Source of the DNA: an uncultured bacterium
GTDB lineage: Bacteria; Patescibacteriota; Minisyncoccia; Phycocordibacterales; GWA1-40-21
Assembly (NCBI GenBank): GCA_963716205.1
Contig: OY970290.1
Span: 239,417-303,416, forward strand
Length of the DNA: 64,000 bases
Direction of reading: 5' to 3'
The notes beneath the pieces are model-generated. The model did no database searches. It was not told the origin of the DNA and was given only the letters and a program-made list of their open reading frames with translations. The position numbers and the translations under genes were made by a program. Of this stretch, positions 27,171 through 38,075 are shown in pieces. The number at the start of each line of letters is the position of its first letter. Position 1 is the first letter of the stretch.

Positions 27171-27890
27171 GTGGCGCTTATCGAAACAAAAAATTTGTGG
27201 AAAGTCTACGACAATGAAGGGACAAAAACCGAAGCACTTCGAGGAGTTTCCCTCGATATTCAAAAAGGTGAATTTGTGGCAATCATGGGTCCTTCCGGTT
27301 CTGGAAAATCAACTTTGCTTCAAATTCTCGGACTTTTGGATAATCATACCGATGGCACCTATATTTTTTCCGACAAAGATGTCGGTTCATATAATCCGGA
27401 AGAAATTGCACGGATGCGCAACGAAAAAATGGGTTTTGTTTTCCAAGCATTCAATCTTTTGCCGCATGCATCCGTTCTCGATAATGTAAAGTTGCCGCTC
27501 ATGTATTCGAATATTCCCGAGGAGGAGTGGGATGTCCGCGCGCAGGAAGCGGTCATTGATGTCGGGCTTGAACACCGGATGTATCATCAGGCAACGCAGC
27601 TTTCGGGCGGTGAGAAACAAAGAGTGGCAATCGCCCGCGCACTGGTGAACGATCCGGAAGTTATTTTTGCCGACGAGCCGACGGGAAACCTGGATTCAAA
27701 ATCCGGCGAGGCGGTCATCGATATCATCCAAAAATTAAATACCGAAATGGGTCATACGATTATTTTGATTACCCACGAAACATACACGGCTGAATACGCG
27801 CAGAGGATTATCCGCTTGCATGATGGGCAGATACTCAGTGATGAAAAAGTTGTAAACAGAAAAACAAAAGCCGATGATTTTATAAAATAA
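27171..27890 (+). CDS. ABC transporter ATP-binding protein (MacB/LolD family)
   Basis: [25 protein letters not shown]. Confidence 0.93.
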   Translation: MALIETKNLWKVYDNEGTKTEALRGVSLDIQKGEFVAIMGPSGSGKSTLLQILGLLDNHTDGTYIFSDKDVGSYNPEEIARMRNEKMGFVFQAFNLLPHASVLDNVKLPLMYSNIPEEEWDVRAQEAVIDVGLEHRMYHQATQLSGGEKQRVAIARALVNDPEVIFADEPTGNLDSKSGEAVIDIIQKLNTEMGHTIILITHETYTAEYAQRIIRLHDGQILSDEKVVNRKTKADDFIK

Positions 27891-27891
27891 T

Positions 27892-29130
27892 ATGAAATTA
27901 AGGCATAGCATACAAACAGCAATTATCGGACTGACGACGCACAAGTCGCGCTCGGCATTGACGGTTCTTGGCGTTGTCATCGGCATTACATCAATTATTC
28001 TTGTCATGTCGCTCGGACAAGGCGCGCAGAATTTAATTCTTAGCCAGGTTAACGGGCTTGGCGCGACAACAATCGCTGTTATTCCGGGGAAAATTTCAGA
28101 TGGTCCCTCAAGCGCAGCACAAACGCTTTCCGATTCGCTCAAAGATTCGGATCTGACTGCCCTTGAAACAAAAGCAAATGTACCGTACGCAAAAGAGGTC
28201 ATGCCGATGGTTTTAGGAGGAGGAAATGCTATCTATGGAAATCAAGTGTATCAGATCAGCTTGTACGGCGGCGGAACACTCATGGCAGATATGTTTAATA
28301 TTACGGTTGGAGAAGGAGATTTTTTTACTGATGACGATGTGCTTTCAAAATCGCAGGTCGCGGTCATTGGCTATAAAGTAAAAGACCAGCTTTTTGGCGG
28401 CGATGAAGCAGTCGGACAGAAAATCAGAATTGGCAACAACACGTTCAAAGTCATCGGCGTTCTGCCGCAAAAAGGTCAATCCGGTCTAATTAATTTTGAT
28501 GACGCAGTCATCATGCCATATACGACCGCTCAAACGTATGTTCTCGGCATCAATTATTTCAACAGGATTATTGTTGAAGCGGATACCCAAGATCATATCG
28601 ATGCTACCGCAGCGGATATTACCGATACGTTGAGAAATGATCACAATATCACAGATCCAACACAGGATGATTTTTCCGTAGAAACATCGGCTGATATTGC
28701 ATCAACACTTGGCACAGTGACAAGCGCTCTGACGGCGTTTCTCGCGGCGGTAGCGGCGATATCCCTTGTTGTCGGAGGAATCGGCATTATGAATATCATG
28801 CTTGTATCGGTGACGGAGCGGACACGCGAAATCGGCCTGCGAAAAGCGCTTGGCGCCTGCGATCACGATATTCTGATCCAATTCTTACTTGAAGCGGTTA
28901 TGCTGACGGCGACCGGCGGAATCATCGGCATCTTGCTCGGAGGATTTCTTTCCTATGTCATATCCATTATTCTTACAGATGTGCTTGCTTTGAGCTGGAC
29001 ATTTATTTTCCCGTGGAATGCGGCAATACTCGGCATTATCGTTGCAAGTTTGGTCGGTCTGGTATTTGGTATTTATCCGGCACGCCAGGCATCGAAGAAA
29101 AGTCCGATGGAAGCATTGAGATATGAGTAA
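27892..29130 (+). CDS. ABC permease (MacB/FtsX family)
   Basis: RSALTVLGVVIG, GGIGIMNIMLVSVTERTREIG. Confidence 0.93.
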   Translation: MKLRHSIQTAIIGLTTHKSRSALTVLGVVIGITSIILVMSLGQGAQNLILSQVNGLGATTIAVIPGKISDGPSSAAQTLSDSLKDSDLTALETKANVPYAKEVMPMVLGGGNAIYGNQVYQISLYGGGTLMADMFNITVGEGDFFTDDDVLSKSQVAVIGYKVKDQLFGGDEAVGQKIRIGNNTFKVIGVLPQKGQSGLINFDDAVIMPYTTAQTYVLGINYFNRIIVEADTQDHIDATAADITDTLRNDHNITDPTQDDFSVETSADIASTLGTVTSALTAFLAAVAAISLVVGGIGIMNIMLVSVTERTREIGLRKALGACDHDILIQFLLEAVMLTATGGIIGILLGGFLSYVISIILTDVLALSWTFIFPWNAAILGIIVASLVGLVFGIYPARQASKKSPMEALRYE

Positions 29131-29171
29131 AATATGATACAATTTTTTTGTTATCAATTTAAATAAAATAT

Positions 29172-29402
29172 ATGGGATTTTTTAAAAACTTAGTGATGAA
29201 ACAGGCAATGAAATCGCAAATGAAAGGTCTACCGAAAGACCAGCAGGAAAAAGTGCTTGCGGCCATAGACAAAGATCCGGAATTTTTCGAAAATATAGCT
29301 AAGCAAATTAAGCAAAAAGAAAAGGAGGGGAAAGGCAAAATGGAAGCATCGATGCTCGTCATGCGGGAGAATCAAGACAAGTTGAGAAAGCTGATGATGT
29401 AA
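29172..29402 (+). CDS. Small hypothetical protein
   Basis: 76-aa helical ORF followed by a terminator-like hairpin. Confidence 0.65.
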   Translation: MGFFKNLVMKQAMKSQMKGLPKDQQEKVLAAIDKDPEFFENIAKQIKQKEKEGKGKMEASMLVMRENQDKLRKLMM

Positions 29403-29515
29403 AGAAAGAGAAAAAAGAAAAGCCCGGCGTGCAAGCGCGCCGGGCTTTTATTGCAATAAAAAAAGCCGTTCCCCTCATAAAGGAACGGCCTTCGAATCTC
29501 GACGAAAGAATTTGG

Positions 29516-30556
29516 TTAGAAAGAAAAAGGAATACTGAGACTGCACTGCACATCACCAACGCTGTCATATTCCTCTGGACCAACACCAGGCAGCAATACC
29601 GGCGATTGATTCATCCTGAGTTCGGCGAGAACGGAACATCTAACATCCGTTCCGAATTCAACCCCAGCAGCGAGAACAGGTGTTACGCTGTTATCATTGC
29701 CAATCGGGAATTTTACACCACCCTGACTCGGATTTCCTGAATACCTCACATTTCCAGCGCCTAGACCAAAAACTAAAGACGCAGAATCTGTGAGTCGTTG
29801 GTAATTCTTTACCATCAAAGTGATCGGATGGTATACCGTAAACCCGTTATAACTTGAACCATAATCGTTCATGCCAACGGGATGACCGGTCGTATCTATC
29901 GACAAGCTCAAAGCATAATCTTGACATCTGATTTGAGCGAGAAGATTGAATTCCAACAATGTTGATGTACTCGGAAATTCCATTCCCGGTTGTAAAACTC
30001 CTGATCCGGAAAATTCAAACGGCATAAAACCCAACCCAAGTTGTCCCTCCCAGCCGCTTTTTTTCTTGACGACAATCGGCGTCGGAGTTCCAGTAACGAC
30101 TTTCGTTGGTGCGGAACTCGTGACAACTACTGTGGTTATTGGCGTCGATGATACAACCGGAGTCGGTGTCGCTAACACAGTCAGCTGTGCATTAAGCAAA
30201 GCTCGCGTTTTTGGCCCGACAAATCCGGAAGCAGTGAGTCCATGATCTTGTTGATAGTGCACCACGGCCTCTTTTGTCATATTCCCGAAATATCCGGTCG
30301 GCGTGACCTTCAATATCATTTGCAAGTTGACAACTTTGTCACCTGTGTTTTTGAAACCGAAATTCGAAGTGAATTGATATACCGGTTTCAATGCAGGTGA
30401 GACTGATGTCGGAACAGCGATTGGTACAGCGGTCGGAGTGTTTGATACCCCGTTCCGATGTATGTCCAGACTGACCGTAACACCATCCGCTCGCACTTGC
30501 GCACTGACCGCAAAAAGCAGCAGTGAAACAATTAATAGCAACATAAACTTTTTCAT
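29516..30556 (-). CDS. Secreted protein with a peptidoglycan-binding domain and an OMP-like beta-rich C-terminal domain
   Basis: Signal peptide; GDKVVNLQ...TGYFGNMTKEAVVHYQ...GFVGPKTRALLN; alternating beta strands ending in Phe; SD AAGGAGG. Confidence 0.75.
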   Translation of the reverse strand: MKKFMLLLIVSLLLFAVSAQVRADGVTVSLDIHRNGVSNTPTAVPIAVPTSVSPALKPVYQFTSNFGFKNTGDKVVNLQMILKVTPTGYFGNMTKEAVVHYQQDHGLTASGFVGPKTRALLNAQLTVLATPTPVVSSTPITTVVVTSSAPTKVVTGTPTPIVVKKKSGWEGQLGLGFMPFEFSGSGVLQPGMEFPSTSTLLEFNLLAQIRCQDYALSLSIDTTGHPVGMNDYGSSYNGFTVYHPITLMVKNYQRLTDSASLVFGLGAGNVRYSGNPSQGGVKFPIGNDNSVTPVLAAGVEFGTDVRCSVLAELRMNQSPVLLPGVGPEEYDSVGDVQCSLSIPFSF

Positions 30557-31073
30557 TTCTTCCTCCTTGTTAATGTGCAACAAACTAAATCAAAAATCCC
30601 TTCATCTTCATGGGGGATTCAAAATCAACTGACACTATCATATATTACATTATGTAAAGTGTCAAGTTATTTTTTGATAAATTTTTTAAGACTTTCCAAT
30701 AAAGGACATAAAAATTATAAAGGACATTTATGATAAATTGTAAAATGTCCTTTATAAATAAGCTTTATTTCGAATTCGATATTTTTTGATATATTTTTCA
30801 GAGAATGATACTTGGAGTAGTGTATTCACTTGACAAGATAATTCTTTGTGATACGATGTTGTTGTATAAAGCTCTTTATGAAGATTTTTTACATAGATTT
30901 TGTAAAAAAGTTCTTTATTCAACTCAATGTTTGCGTTTCTTTGTTTGAAACTCATATTGTTAGTTTCAGTTCAGTTTTTTGATCAAGTTTTATTTTAAAG
31001 TCATTTAAAAATTCAATTTAATTTAGCAATTACAACCACCATCGTGCGTTTGTTTTTAACCACCAAAATTATT

Positions 31074-31928
31074 ATGTTTACAAATTATCAAAAAATAAGC
31101 AGAGCCATAGGCAATTTTACAATAGTTGTCCTTTTAGCTGTTGCATCACTCAGTTTTGCTTCAGTAGCCCATGCGGACTACTTTGCAACAACAACATTGA
31201 CCTCAACAAGTTCAATGAATTTCTTTACAGTTCCTGCTGGAGTTACCAGTATTAATGCGACTCTTACTGCAGGCGGTGGCGGTGGCGGTGGCGGAGCATA
31301 CTCGTTTGGAGGTGGCGGTGGCGGAGCAGGAGGAGTATATTCTGTAGAAGCGATTCCAGTTATTCCTGGACAAATAATCGCATATACAGTTGGAGCAGGT
31401 GGTGTTGGTGGCACTAGTGGCTTTATAAATGTTGCAGGTGGAAATGGTGCTGATGGAGGAAATACCGTTTTGACTCTTGGAGCATCAGGTATTATGGAAA
31501 TTGGTGGAAAAGGAGGAATGGGAGCTATCTACGGAAATTCAAATAGTGGAAAAGGTGGACTCGCAGGCGGTCTTGGTGGAACAAATGGTACTAACGGTGA
31601 TGACCAGATAAATACTCAAAGAAATTACGGAGGCACTGGTGGTTCAACACCAAACGGTCTTGCCGGAATCGGAGGATATGGTGATGCTAATACATACAGA
31701 CTTCCAACAACTGGAACAAATGGTGCTGGAGGCGGAGCAGGAAGCGGATGGGCTTCTGGTGATGGCGTCTATCGTGATGCTGGTGCAAATGGCGGAGATG
31801 GTTCAATAGTACTTAGTTATTTTGCCGATCTTACTGCCTCCTGTTATTACCATTACTGGTTCAAGCACTCTTACACTTCAAGCAAGTTCAACTGGTGTTT
31901 ATGTAGATGCCGGAGCAACTGCACTTGA
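31074..31928 (+). CDS. 5' part of a giant surface protein (signal peptide and glycine-rich domain), frameshifted near 31836
   Basis: Signal peptide ending AHA, FTVPAGVTSI...GGGGGG; frame degenerates after ADLT. Confidence 0.75.
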   Translation: MFTNYQKISRAIGNFTIVVLLAVASLSFASVAHADYFATTTLTSTSSMNFFTVPAGVTSINATLTAGGGGGGGGAYSFGGGGGGAGGVYSVEAIPVIPGQIIAYTVGAGGVGGTSGFINVAGGNGADGGNTVLTLGASGIMEIGGKGGMGAIYGNSNSGKGGLAGGLGGTNGTNGDDQINTQRNYGGTGGSTPNGLAGIGGYGDANTYRLPTTGTNGAGGGAGSGWASGDGVYRDAGANGGDGSIVLSYFADLTASCYYHYWFKHSYTSSKFNWCLCRCRSNCT

Positions 31929-34900
31929 TAATGTTGATGGAGTGGTGCCGGTAACAACAACTTTTAATAATGTAAATCTTGCGGCAACAGGAACCTATTC
32001 TGTTGTCTATTCTGCTACCGATGCGGCTGGAAATACAGCTACAACTTCACGAACGGTGATTGTCATTGATACGACAGCGCCAGTTATAACTTTTGTTCCG
32101 GGCACGCAAGTTTTTGAAGCGACAGGCGCAACAACAACTCCAATATTAGCACCAATTATAGCTACGGATGCCTTTGGTCCAAGCCCGGTTATTACCTATT
32201 CACCCATTAGTTTTGGTCTCGGAACCACAACAGTCACTTGGACAGCAACTGATCCAAATACTGGAAATACTGTTATCGCCACATCCAGCGTTGTTATAAA
32301 GGACACAACTGCACCAGTAATTGTCCTTAACGGAACAAATCCGATGAATGTCCTTTATGGGTCTGTATTTATAGACCCAGGAGCGACAGCTTATGACCTT
32401 GTAGATGGAACAACTACAGTTACAACGACTTTTGATAATGTAAATACTGCAGCAACAGGAACATATTCTGTTGTTTATTCTGCTGTCGATTTGTCAGGAA
32501 ATGCAACAAGTTCAACACGAATTGTGAATGTTCTTGCAACTGCACCAGTTCTTACAACACTTTCTATTTCACCATTAAATTTAACAACAACAGTCGGCAC
32601 CACAACACAGTTTGTGGCTACAGCACTTGATCAATACGGAAATCCAATTGCAGCTTCCGTTTTCTGGGGACCATCAAATCCTTCTGTTGGAACAATCGGT
32701 TTCAATACAGGCTTGTTTAATGCAGTTTCAGTTGGAACAACGACAATCACGGCAATCAGCGGAGCATTTAATGCTACTACAACAGTCACCGTTGTTCCCC
32801 TTGTTGCCACGTCTTCACCTTCAGCGGTGACAATTACCAATTCAACATTAGGCGGAACATTTTTTGCTTCTTATATTCCAACACTTGCTGAAACTACAGT
32901 TGCACCAATTGGAACGACAACTGGCACTACGACAATTACAAATTCTACATTGTCTGGATCATGGAACGTAAATAATTCAACACTTACAACAACTACGCTC
33001 GGCACTTCAACATTGGATAATGTAATTTCTACAAATTCTGTCATTACAAATTCCAATGCTACAAATTGTACAATTCTTAATTCATCTATCGATGGTTATT
33101 TACTTTCAAATTGCTATGTTGCGAACTCAACCTTTGATCCTGGAGCAATTGTAAATTCAACCACGACAAGCGTATCAGGATCAGATGCATTTATATACGA
33201 TTCAACAGTTAGTAATTCAACCGTTTCAACATCAACTATCCATGGATCAACTATAGCTGATTCAATAGTTACGTTTAGCTCCGTTGCCACATCTACGATT
33301 ACGAATAATTCAAATGTTGCAAGTTCAACAATAATTTTGTCAAATATTGATAATTCGCAAGTTACGAATTCAACGATTACCAATAGCACGATAATTCTTG
33401 GTTCAGTGATTTCATCTTCAACATTGACCAATGTCACTGCTGCAAGTTCAACAATCACGAATACAACTTTGTCTGATGCGACAACTACAAATGCAGTCAT
33501 TGATAGCGGTACTATATATAGTGGAACAATTACGATTGGCGGAAATACATTTACTGTTACTGAACCAACCTTGCTTTCAGATTTGATTGAACCGACAATA
33601 ACTTCTGTTACGCCAAATTCTGGCTCAATTAATGGAGGAACAAATATTATTATTGATGGAACTAACTTTGCATCAAGTACAGCAACCGTTGGCGGAGTTT
33701 TGGCAACAAATATTATTGTTGCAAGCAGCACAGAAATTACAGCAACAACTCCAGCTGGAGCAGCGGGTGCAGCTGATGTCGTTGTTACAAACACTAATGA
33801 TGGAGGCATTGCCACTTCAACTGGAGGATTTATGTATACATCAGGCGGAGGATCGGGAAGTTCAACCAGTTCCGATGACACCTTGAGCAACTTGACGGTC
33901 TCAGCCGGAACGCTCGCACCAGCTTTTGCCGCAGGAACACTTTCATATACTGACACATTGCCAGCAGGAACCGTTATCATTCCGACAGTCACGGCGACGA
34001 CAAATGATGCAAACGCAACCGACACAATTACTCAAGCATCCGCTTTGCCGGGATCAGCAACCATTGCAGTCACGGCACAAGATGGAACGACCACACAAAC
34101 ATATACCGTTGCTTTCACGGTATCAGGCGGAGGATCGGGAAGTTCAACCAGTTCCGATGACACCTTGAGCAACTTGACGGTCTCAGCCGGAACGCTCGCA
34201 CCAGCTTTTGCCGCAGGAACACTTTCATATACTGACACATTGCCAGCAGGAACCGTTATCATTCCGACAGTCACGGCGACGACAAATGATGCAAACGCAA
34301 CCGACACAATTACTCAAGCATCCGCTTTGCCGGGATCAGCAACCATTGCAGTCACGGCACAAGATGGAACGACCACACAAACATATACCGTTGCTTTCAC
34401 GGTATCAGGCGGAGGATCGGGAAGTTCAACCAGTTCCGATGACACCTTGAGCAACTTGACGGTCTCAGCCGGAACGCTCGCACCAGCTTTTGCCGCAGGA
34501 ACACTTTCATATACTGACACATTGCCAGCAGGAACCGTTATCATTCCGACAGTCACGGCGACGACAAATGATGCAAACGCAACCGACACAATTACTCAAG
34601 CATCCGCTTTGCCGGGATCAGCAACCATTGCAGTCACGGCACAAGATGGAACGACCACACAAACATATACCGTTGCTTTCACGGTATCAGGCGGAGGATC
34701 GGGAAGTTCAACCAGTTCCGATGACACCTTGAGCAACTTGACGGTCTCAGCCGGAACGCTCGCACCAGCTTTTGCCGCAGGAACACTTTCATATACTGAC
34801 ACATTGCCAGCAGGAACCGTTATCATTCCGACAGTCACGGCGACGACAAATGATGCAAACGCAACCGACACAATTACTCAAGCATCCGCTTTGCCGGGAT

Positions 34901-36819
34901 CAGCAACCATTGCAGTCACGGCACAAGATGGAACGACCACACAAACATATACCGTTGCTTTCACGGTATCAGGCGGAGGATCGGGAAGTTCAACCAGTTC
35001 CGATGACACCTTGAGCAACTTGACGGTCTCAGCCGGAACGCTCGCACCAGCTTTTGCCGCAGGAACACTTTCATATACTGACACATTGCCAGCAGGAACC
35101 GTTATCATTCCGACAGTCACGGCGACGACAAATGATGCAAACGCAACCGACACAATTACTCAAGCATCCGCTTTGCCGGGATCAGCAACCATTGCAGTCA
35201 CGGCACAAGATGGAACGACCACACAAACATATACCGTTGCTTTCACGGTATCAGGCGGAGGATCGGGAAGTTCAACCAGTTCCGATGACACCTTGAGCAA
35301 CTTGACGGTCTCAGCCGGAACGCTCGCACCAGCTTTTGCCGCAGGAACACTTTCATATACTGACACATTGCCAGCAGGAACCGTTATCATTCCGACAGTC
35401 ACGGCGACGACAAATGATGCAAACGCAACCGACACAATTACTCAAGCATCCGCTTTGCCGGGATCAGCAACCATTGCAGTCACGGCACAAGATGGAACGA
35501 CCACACAAACATATACCGTTGCTTTCACGGTATCAGGCGGAGGATCGGGAAGTTCAACCAGTTCCGATGACACCTTGAGCAACTTGACGGTCTCAGCCGG
35601 AACGCTCGCACCAGCTTTTGCCGCAGGAACACTTTCATATACTGACACATTGCCAGCAGGAACCGTTATCATTCCGACAGTCACGGCGACGACAAATGAT
35701 GCAAACGCAACCGACACAATTACTCAAGCATCCGCTTTGCCGGGATCAGCAACCATTGCAGTCACGGCACAAGATGGAACGACCACACAAACATATACCG
35801 TTGCTTTCACGGTATCAGGCGGAGGATCGGGAAGTTCAACTCCGGTCACGTCGATTAATATTGTTCCGGCAAATCCGACAATCGCACCAGGAGCCACTCA
35901 AACATTTACTTTGACTGATCAGAATAATAATCCGCTTTCAACGACAACCGCATGGTCAAGTTCAGATGCAACAATCGGCACAATTGATCCGGCGAGCGGA
36001 TTGTTCAATGCAATTGCAGTCGGACAAACAACAATTACTGCTACAGTTGATGCATTAACTGCAACAACGGTAGTGACAGTTTCTACAAGCACACCGGTAA
36101 CTCCGCCAGCTCCAGTAAGTTCGGGAGGGGGAGGCGCAACGCAGCATACTCCACCAACAATTGTAATTCTTGGCGATAATCCAGTTTCAATTGTTGCCGA
36201 TTCAGCATACACGGATGCTGGAGCAAAAGCATACGATGCCAATGACAATACAATCACTCAAAATATTATTGTCTCAAACAACGTCAACACTGCGGTCGCA
36301 GGATCATATACAGTAAAATATACTGTTACAGATAGTCATGACAATACAACAACGGCAACACGAACGGTGAATGTTACGCCAGCACCAGCAGCAGTTGCAA
36401 CGACAAGCACAGCTACAACCGGAGGAACAAATGTTACCGCTTCAACTTCTTCAACATCAGTTTCAACAAATACAGCAACAGTTCCTGCTACGACAACTAT
36501 AACCTTGACACAAACACCGGTGGTAACAACCGGAGGAAATGGAGTTACTTCAAACAATACTGGTACCAATAGTATTCCGTTTGTTGATCTTGGAAATACA
36601 CTTCCGGTGAAAACAGTTGCGACAACTTCCGTTTCAACGACGACAAGCCCTGCAACATCAAGCGTTGCCGAAACGGTTTCAACTACAACTGCGACAAATC
36701 TCTTGGCGACAGTAGCTCTCGCATTCTCAAGTATTTCGAAAAATTTGATTGCGATTATCCTTTCTATCATCGTTCTCATATTTGCAGTGTTTGCGGTCTA
36801 TAAAGTTCAGAGAGATTAA
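31822..36819 (+). CDS. 3' part of a giant Thr/Ser-rich surface protein (DUF5011-like, Big_2, beta-helix, IPT/TIG, 7 cadherin-like repeats, C-terminal TM)
   Basis: DAGATALDNVDG, PTITSVTPNSGSINGGT, SSDDTLSNLTVSAGTL repeats, hydrophobic C-terminus. Confidence 0.85.
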   Translation: MPILLPPVITITGSSTLTLQASSTGVYVDAGATALDNVDGVVPVTTTFNNVNLAATGTYSVVYSATDAAGNTATTSRTVIVIDTTAPVITFVPGTQVFEATGATTTPILAPIIATDAFGPSPVITYSPISFGLGTTTVTWTATDPNTGNTVIATSSVVIKDTTAPVIVLNGTNPMNVLYGSVFIDPGATAYDLVDGTTTVTTTFDNVNTAATGTYSVVYSAVDLSGNATSSTRIVNVLATAPVLTTLSISPLNLTTTVGTTTQFVATALDQYGNPIAASVFWGPSNPSVGTIGFNTGLFNAVSVGTTTITAISGAFNATTTVTVVPLVATSSPSAVTITNSTLGGTFFASYIPTLAETTVAPIGTTTGTTTITNSTLSGSWNVNNSTLTTTTLGTSTLDNVISTNSVITNSNATNCTILNSSIDGYLLSNCYVANSTFDPGAIVNSTTTSVSGSDAFIYDSTVSNSTVSTSTIHGSTIADSIVTFSSVATSTITNNSNVASSTIILSNIDNSQVTNSTITNSTIILGSVISSSTLTNVTAASSTITNTTLSDATTTNAVIDSGTIYSGTITIGGNTFTVTEPTLLSDLIEPTITSVTPNSGSINGGTNIIIDGTNFASSTATVGGVLATNIIVASSTEITATTPAGAAGAADVVVTNTNDGGIATSTGGFMYTSGGGSGSSTSSDDTLSNLTVSAGTLAPAFAAGTLSYTDTLPAGTVIIPTVTATTNDANATDTITQASALPGSATIAVTAQDGTTTQTYTVAFTVSGGGSGSSTSSDDTLSNLTVSAGTLAPAFAAGTLSYTDTLPAGTVIIPTVTATTNDANATDTITQASALPGSATIAVTAQDGTTTQTYTVAFTVSGGGSGSSTSSDDTLSNLTVSAGTLAPAFAAGTLSYTDTLPAGTVIIPTVTATTNDANATDTITQASALPGSATIAVTAQDGTTTQTYTVAFTVSGGGSGSSTSSDDTLSNLTVSAGTLAPAFAAGTLSYTDTLPAGTVIIPTVTATTNDANATDTITQASALPGSATIAVTAQDGTTTQTYTVAFTVSGGGSGSSTSSDDTLSNLTVSAGTLAPAFAAGTLSYTDTLPAGTVIIPTVTATTNDANATDTITQASALPGSATIAVTAQDGTTTQTYTVAFTVSGGGSGSSTSSDDTLSNLTVSAGTLAPAFAAGTLSYTDTLPAGTVIIPTVTATTNDANATDTITQASALPGSATIAVTAQDGTTTQTYTVAFTVSGGGSGSSTSSDDTLSNLTVSAGTLAPAFAAGTLSYTDTLPAGTVIIPTVTATTNDANATDTITQASALPGSATIAVTAQDGTTTQTYTVAFTVSGGGSGSSTPVTSINIVPANPTIAPGATQTFTLTDQNNNPLSTTTAWSSSDATIGTIDPASGLFNAIAVGQTTITATVDALTATTVVTVSTSTPVTPPAPVSSGGGGATQHTPPTIVILGDNPVSIVADSAYTDAGAKAYDANDNTITQNIIVSNNVNTAVAGSYTVKYTVTDSHDNTTTATRTVNVTPAPAAVATTSTATTGGTNVTASTSSTSVSTNTATVPATTTITLTQTPVVTTGGNGVTSNNTGTNSIPFVDLGNTLPVKTVATTSVSTTTSPATSSVAETVSTTTATNLLATVALAFSSISKNLIAIILSIIVLIFAVFAVYKVQRD
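33841..35840 (+). repeat. Seven tandem 282-bp (94-aa) repeats plus 26 bp
   Basis: Units begin TCAGGCGGAGGATCGGGAAG every 282 bp; shadow ORFs identical in each unit. Confidence 0.97.
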
Positions 36820-36828
36820 TTCTCAAAT

Positions 36829-36863
36829 AAAAAGGCGGCGCGCGCAAAGCGGGCCGCTTTTTT
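36829..36863 (+). terminator. Terminator after the surface protein gene
   Basis: AAAAAGGCGGC...GCCGCTTTTTT. Confidence 0.65.
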
Positions 36864-36903
36864 ATTTGTATTTTATGAATTTTCTGATAAAGTAGTTTTT
36901 ACC

Positions 36904-38001
36904 ATGAATCTATCCATCGGCATCGTCGGTCTTCCAAATGTCGGCAAATCAACCCTTTTCAACGCGCTTACGAGAAAAAGCGTGCTCGTTGCCAATTATC
37001 CGTTCGCCACTATTGATCCATCGGTCGGCGTTGTTGCCGTGCCGGACGAAAGACTTTGGAAACTTTCAGAATTTTCAAAATCCGCAAAGACATTGCCGGC
37101 AGCAATCGAGTTTGTAGACATCGCGGGATTGGTCAAGGGCGCATCGGCAGGCGAGGGTTTGGGCAATAAATTCTTGACGAATATTCGCGAGACAGATGCC
37201 ATTGCTGAAGTTGTCAGAATTTTTGAAGACGACAATATTATTCACGTGGCAAATAAAGTTGAACCGCTTTCCGACATTGAAACGATTAATCTCGAACTTG
37301 TTCTTGCAGATCTCGCGACAGTGACAAAACGAATCCAGAATCTTGTCAGTGAAATAAAACGGGGAAGCAAGACTGCTGTTGTGGAAAATGCCGGATTGGA
37401 AAAAATTAAACTTGTGCTTGAAAATGGAAAATTTGCGCAGGCCGTGACGCTTGATGAAAAAGAAATGATAGAAGTGAAAAAACTTTGTCTTCTGACGATG
37501 AAGCCGATACTTTATATATTGAATAAAAAAGCTGGCGGGAAAAATCTGGATGAATTGAATGACGAACGATACAAAAAACTTTTACAATTTTTCAAAGAAA
37601 ATAATGCAAAATATGTTATCGTGGATGCAGGTATTGAACAAGAGCTCAAGGATTTGGAAGGGAACGACAAAGTTGAAATGCGCGAAGGTCTCGGCGTCAA
37701 AGACGACGGCATCAACGATTTGATTAAAGCCGGCTATGACCTGCTTGGGCTCATTACCTATTTCACGACTGGCGAAGATGAAACCCGCGCGTGGACGATA
37801 CAAAAAGGTTGGACTGCGCCGGAAGCTGGCACTGCGATCCACGGAGATTTTAAGGAGAAATTTGTGCGAGCAGAAGTCATTGAATGGGATAAACTTCTCG
37901 CATCAGAATCCTACGCCAAAGCCCGCGAAAAAGGATTATTGAGAACGGAAGGAAAAGAATATGTGGTCAAAGATGGCGATGTCATCGAGTTTAAAATCTA
38001 G
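36904..38001 (+). CDS. ychF: Ribosome-binding ATPase YchF
   Basis: GIVGLPNVGKST, ANYPFATID, DIAGLVKGAS, EGKEYVVKDGD. Confidence 0.97.
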   Translation: MNLSIGIVGLPNVGKSTLFNALTRKSVLVANYPFATIDPSVGVVAVPDERLWKLSEFSKSAKTLPAAIEFVDIAGLVKGASAGEGLGNKFLTNIRETDAIAEVVRIFEDDNIIHVANKVEPLSDIETINLELVLADLATVTKRIQNLVSEIKRGSKTAVVENAGLEKIKLVLENGKFAQAVTLDEKEMIEVKKLCLLTMKPILYILNKKAGGKNLDELNDERYKKLLQFFKENNAKYVIVDAGIEQELKDLEGNDKVEMREGLGVKDDGINDLIKAGYDLLGLITYFTTGEDETRAWTIQKGWTAPEAGTAIHGDFKEKFVRAEVIEWDKLLASESYAKAREKGLLRTEGKEYVVKDGDVIEFKI

Positions 38002-38075
38002 CATTGACACAACACTAATTTTCATATAAGGTTCTGAACGAAGGTTTCAAAAACTGCAGCTATAAAGGAGCGGTC

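Noticed and set aside
31822-31928. Programmed ribosomal frameshift or phase-variable tract
   Set aside because: No slippery heptamer or simple-sequence repeat at the frame change.
33114-35914. Repeated 80-aa and 91-aa ORFs in other frames
   Set aside because: Shadow ORFs of the 282-bp coding repeat.
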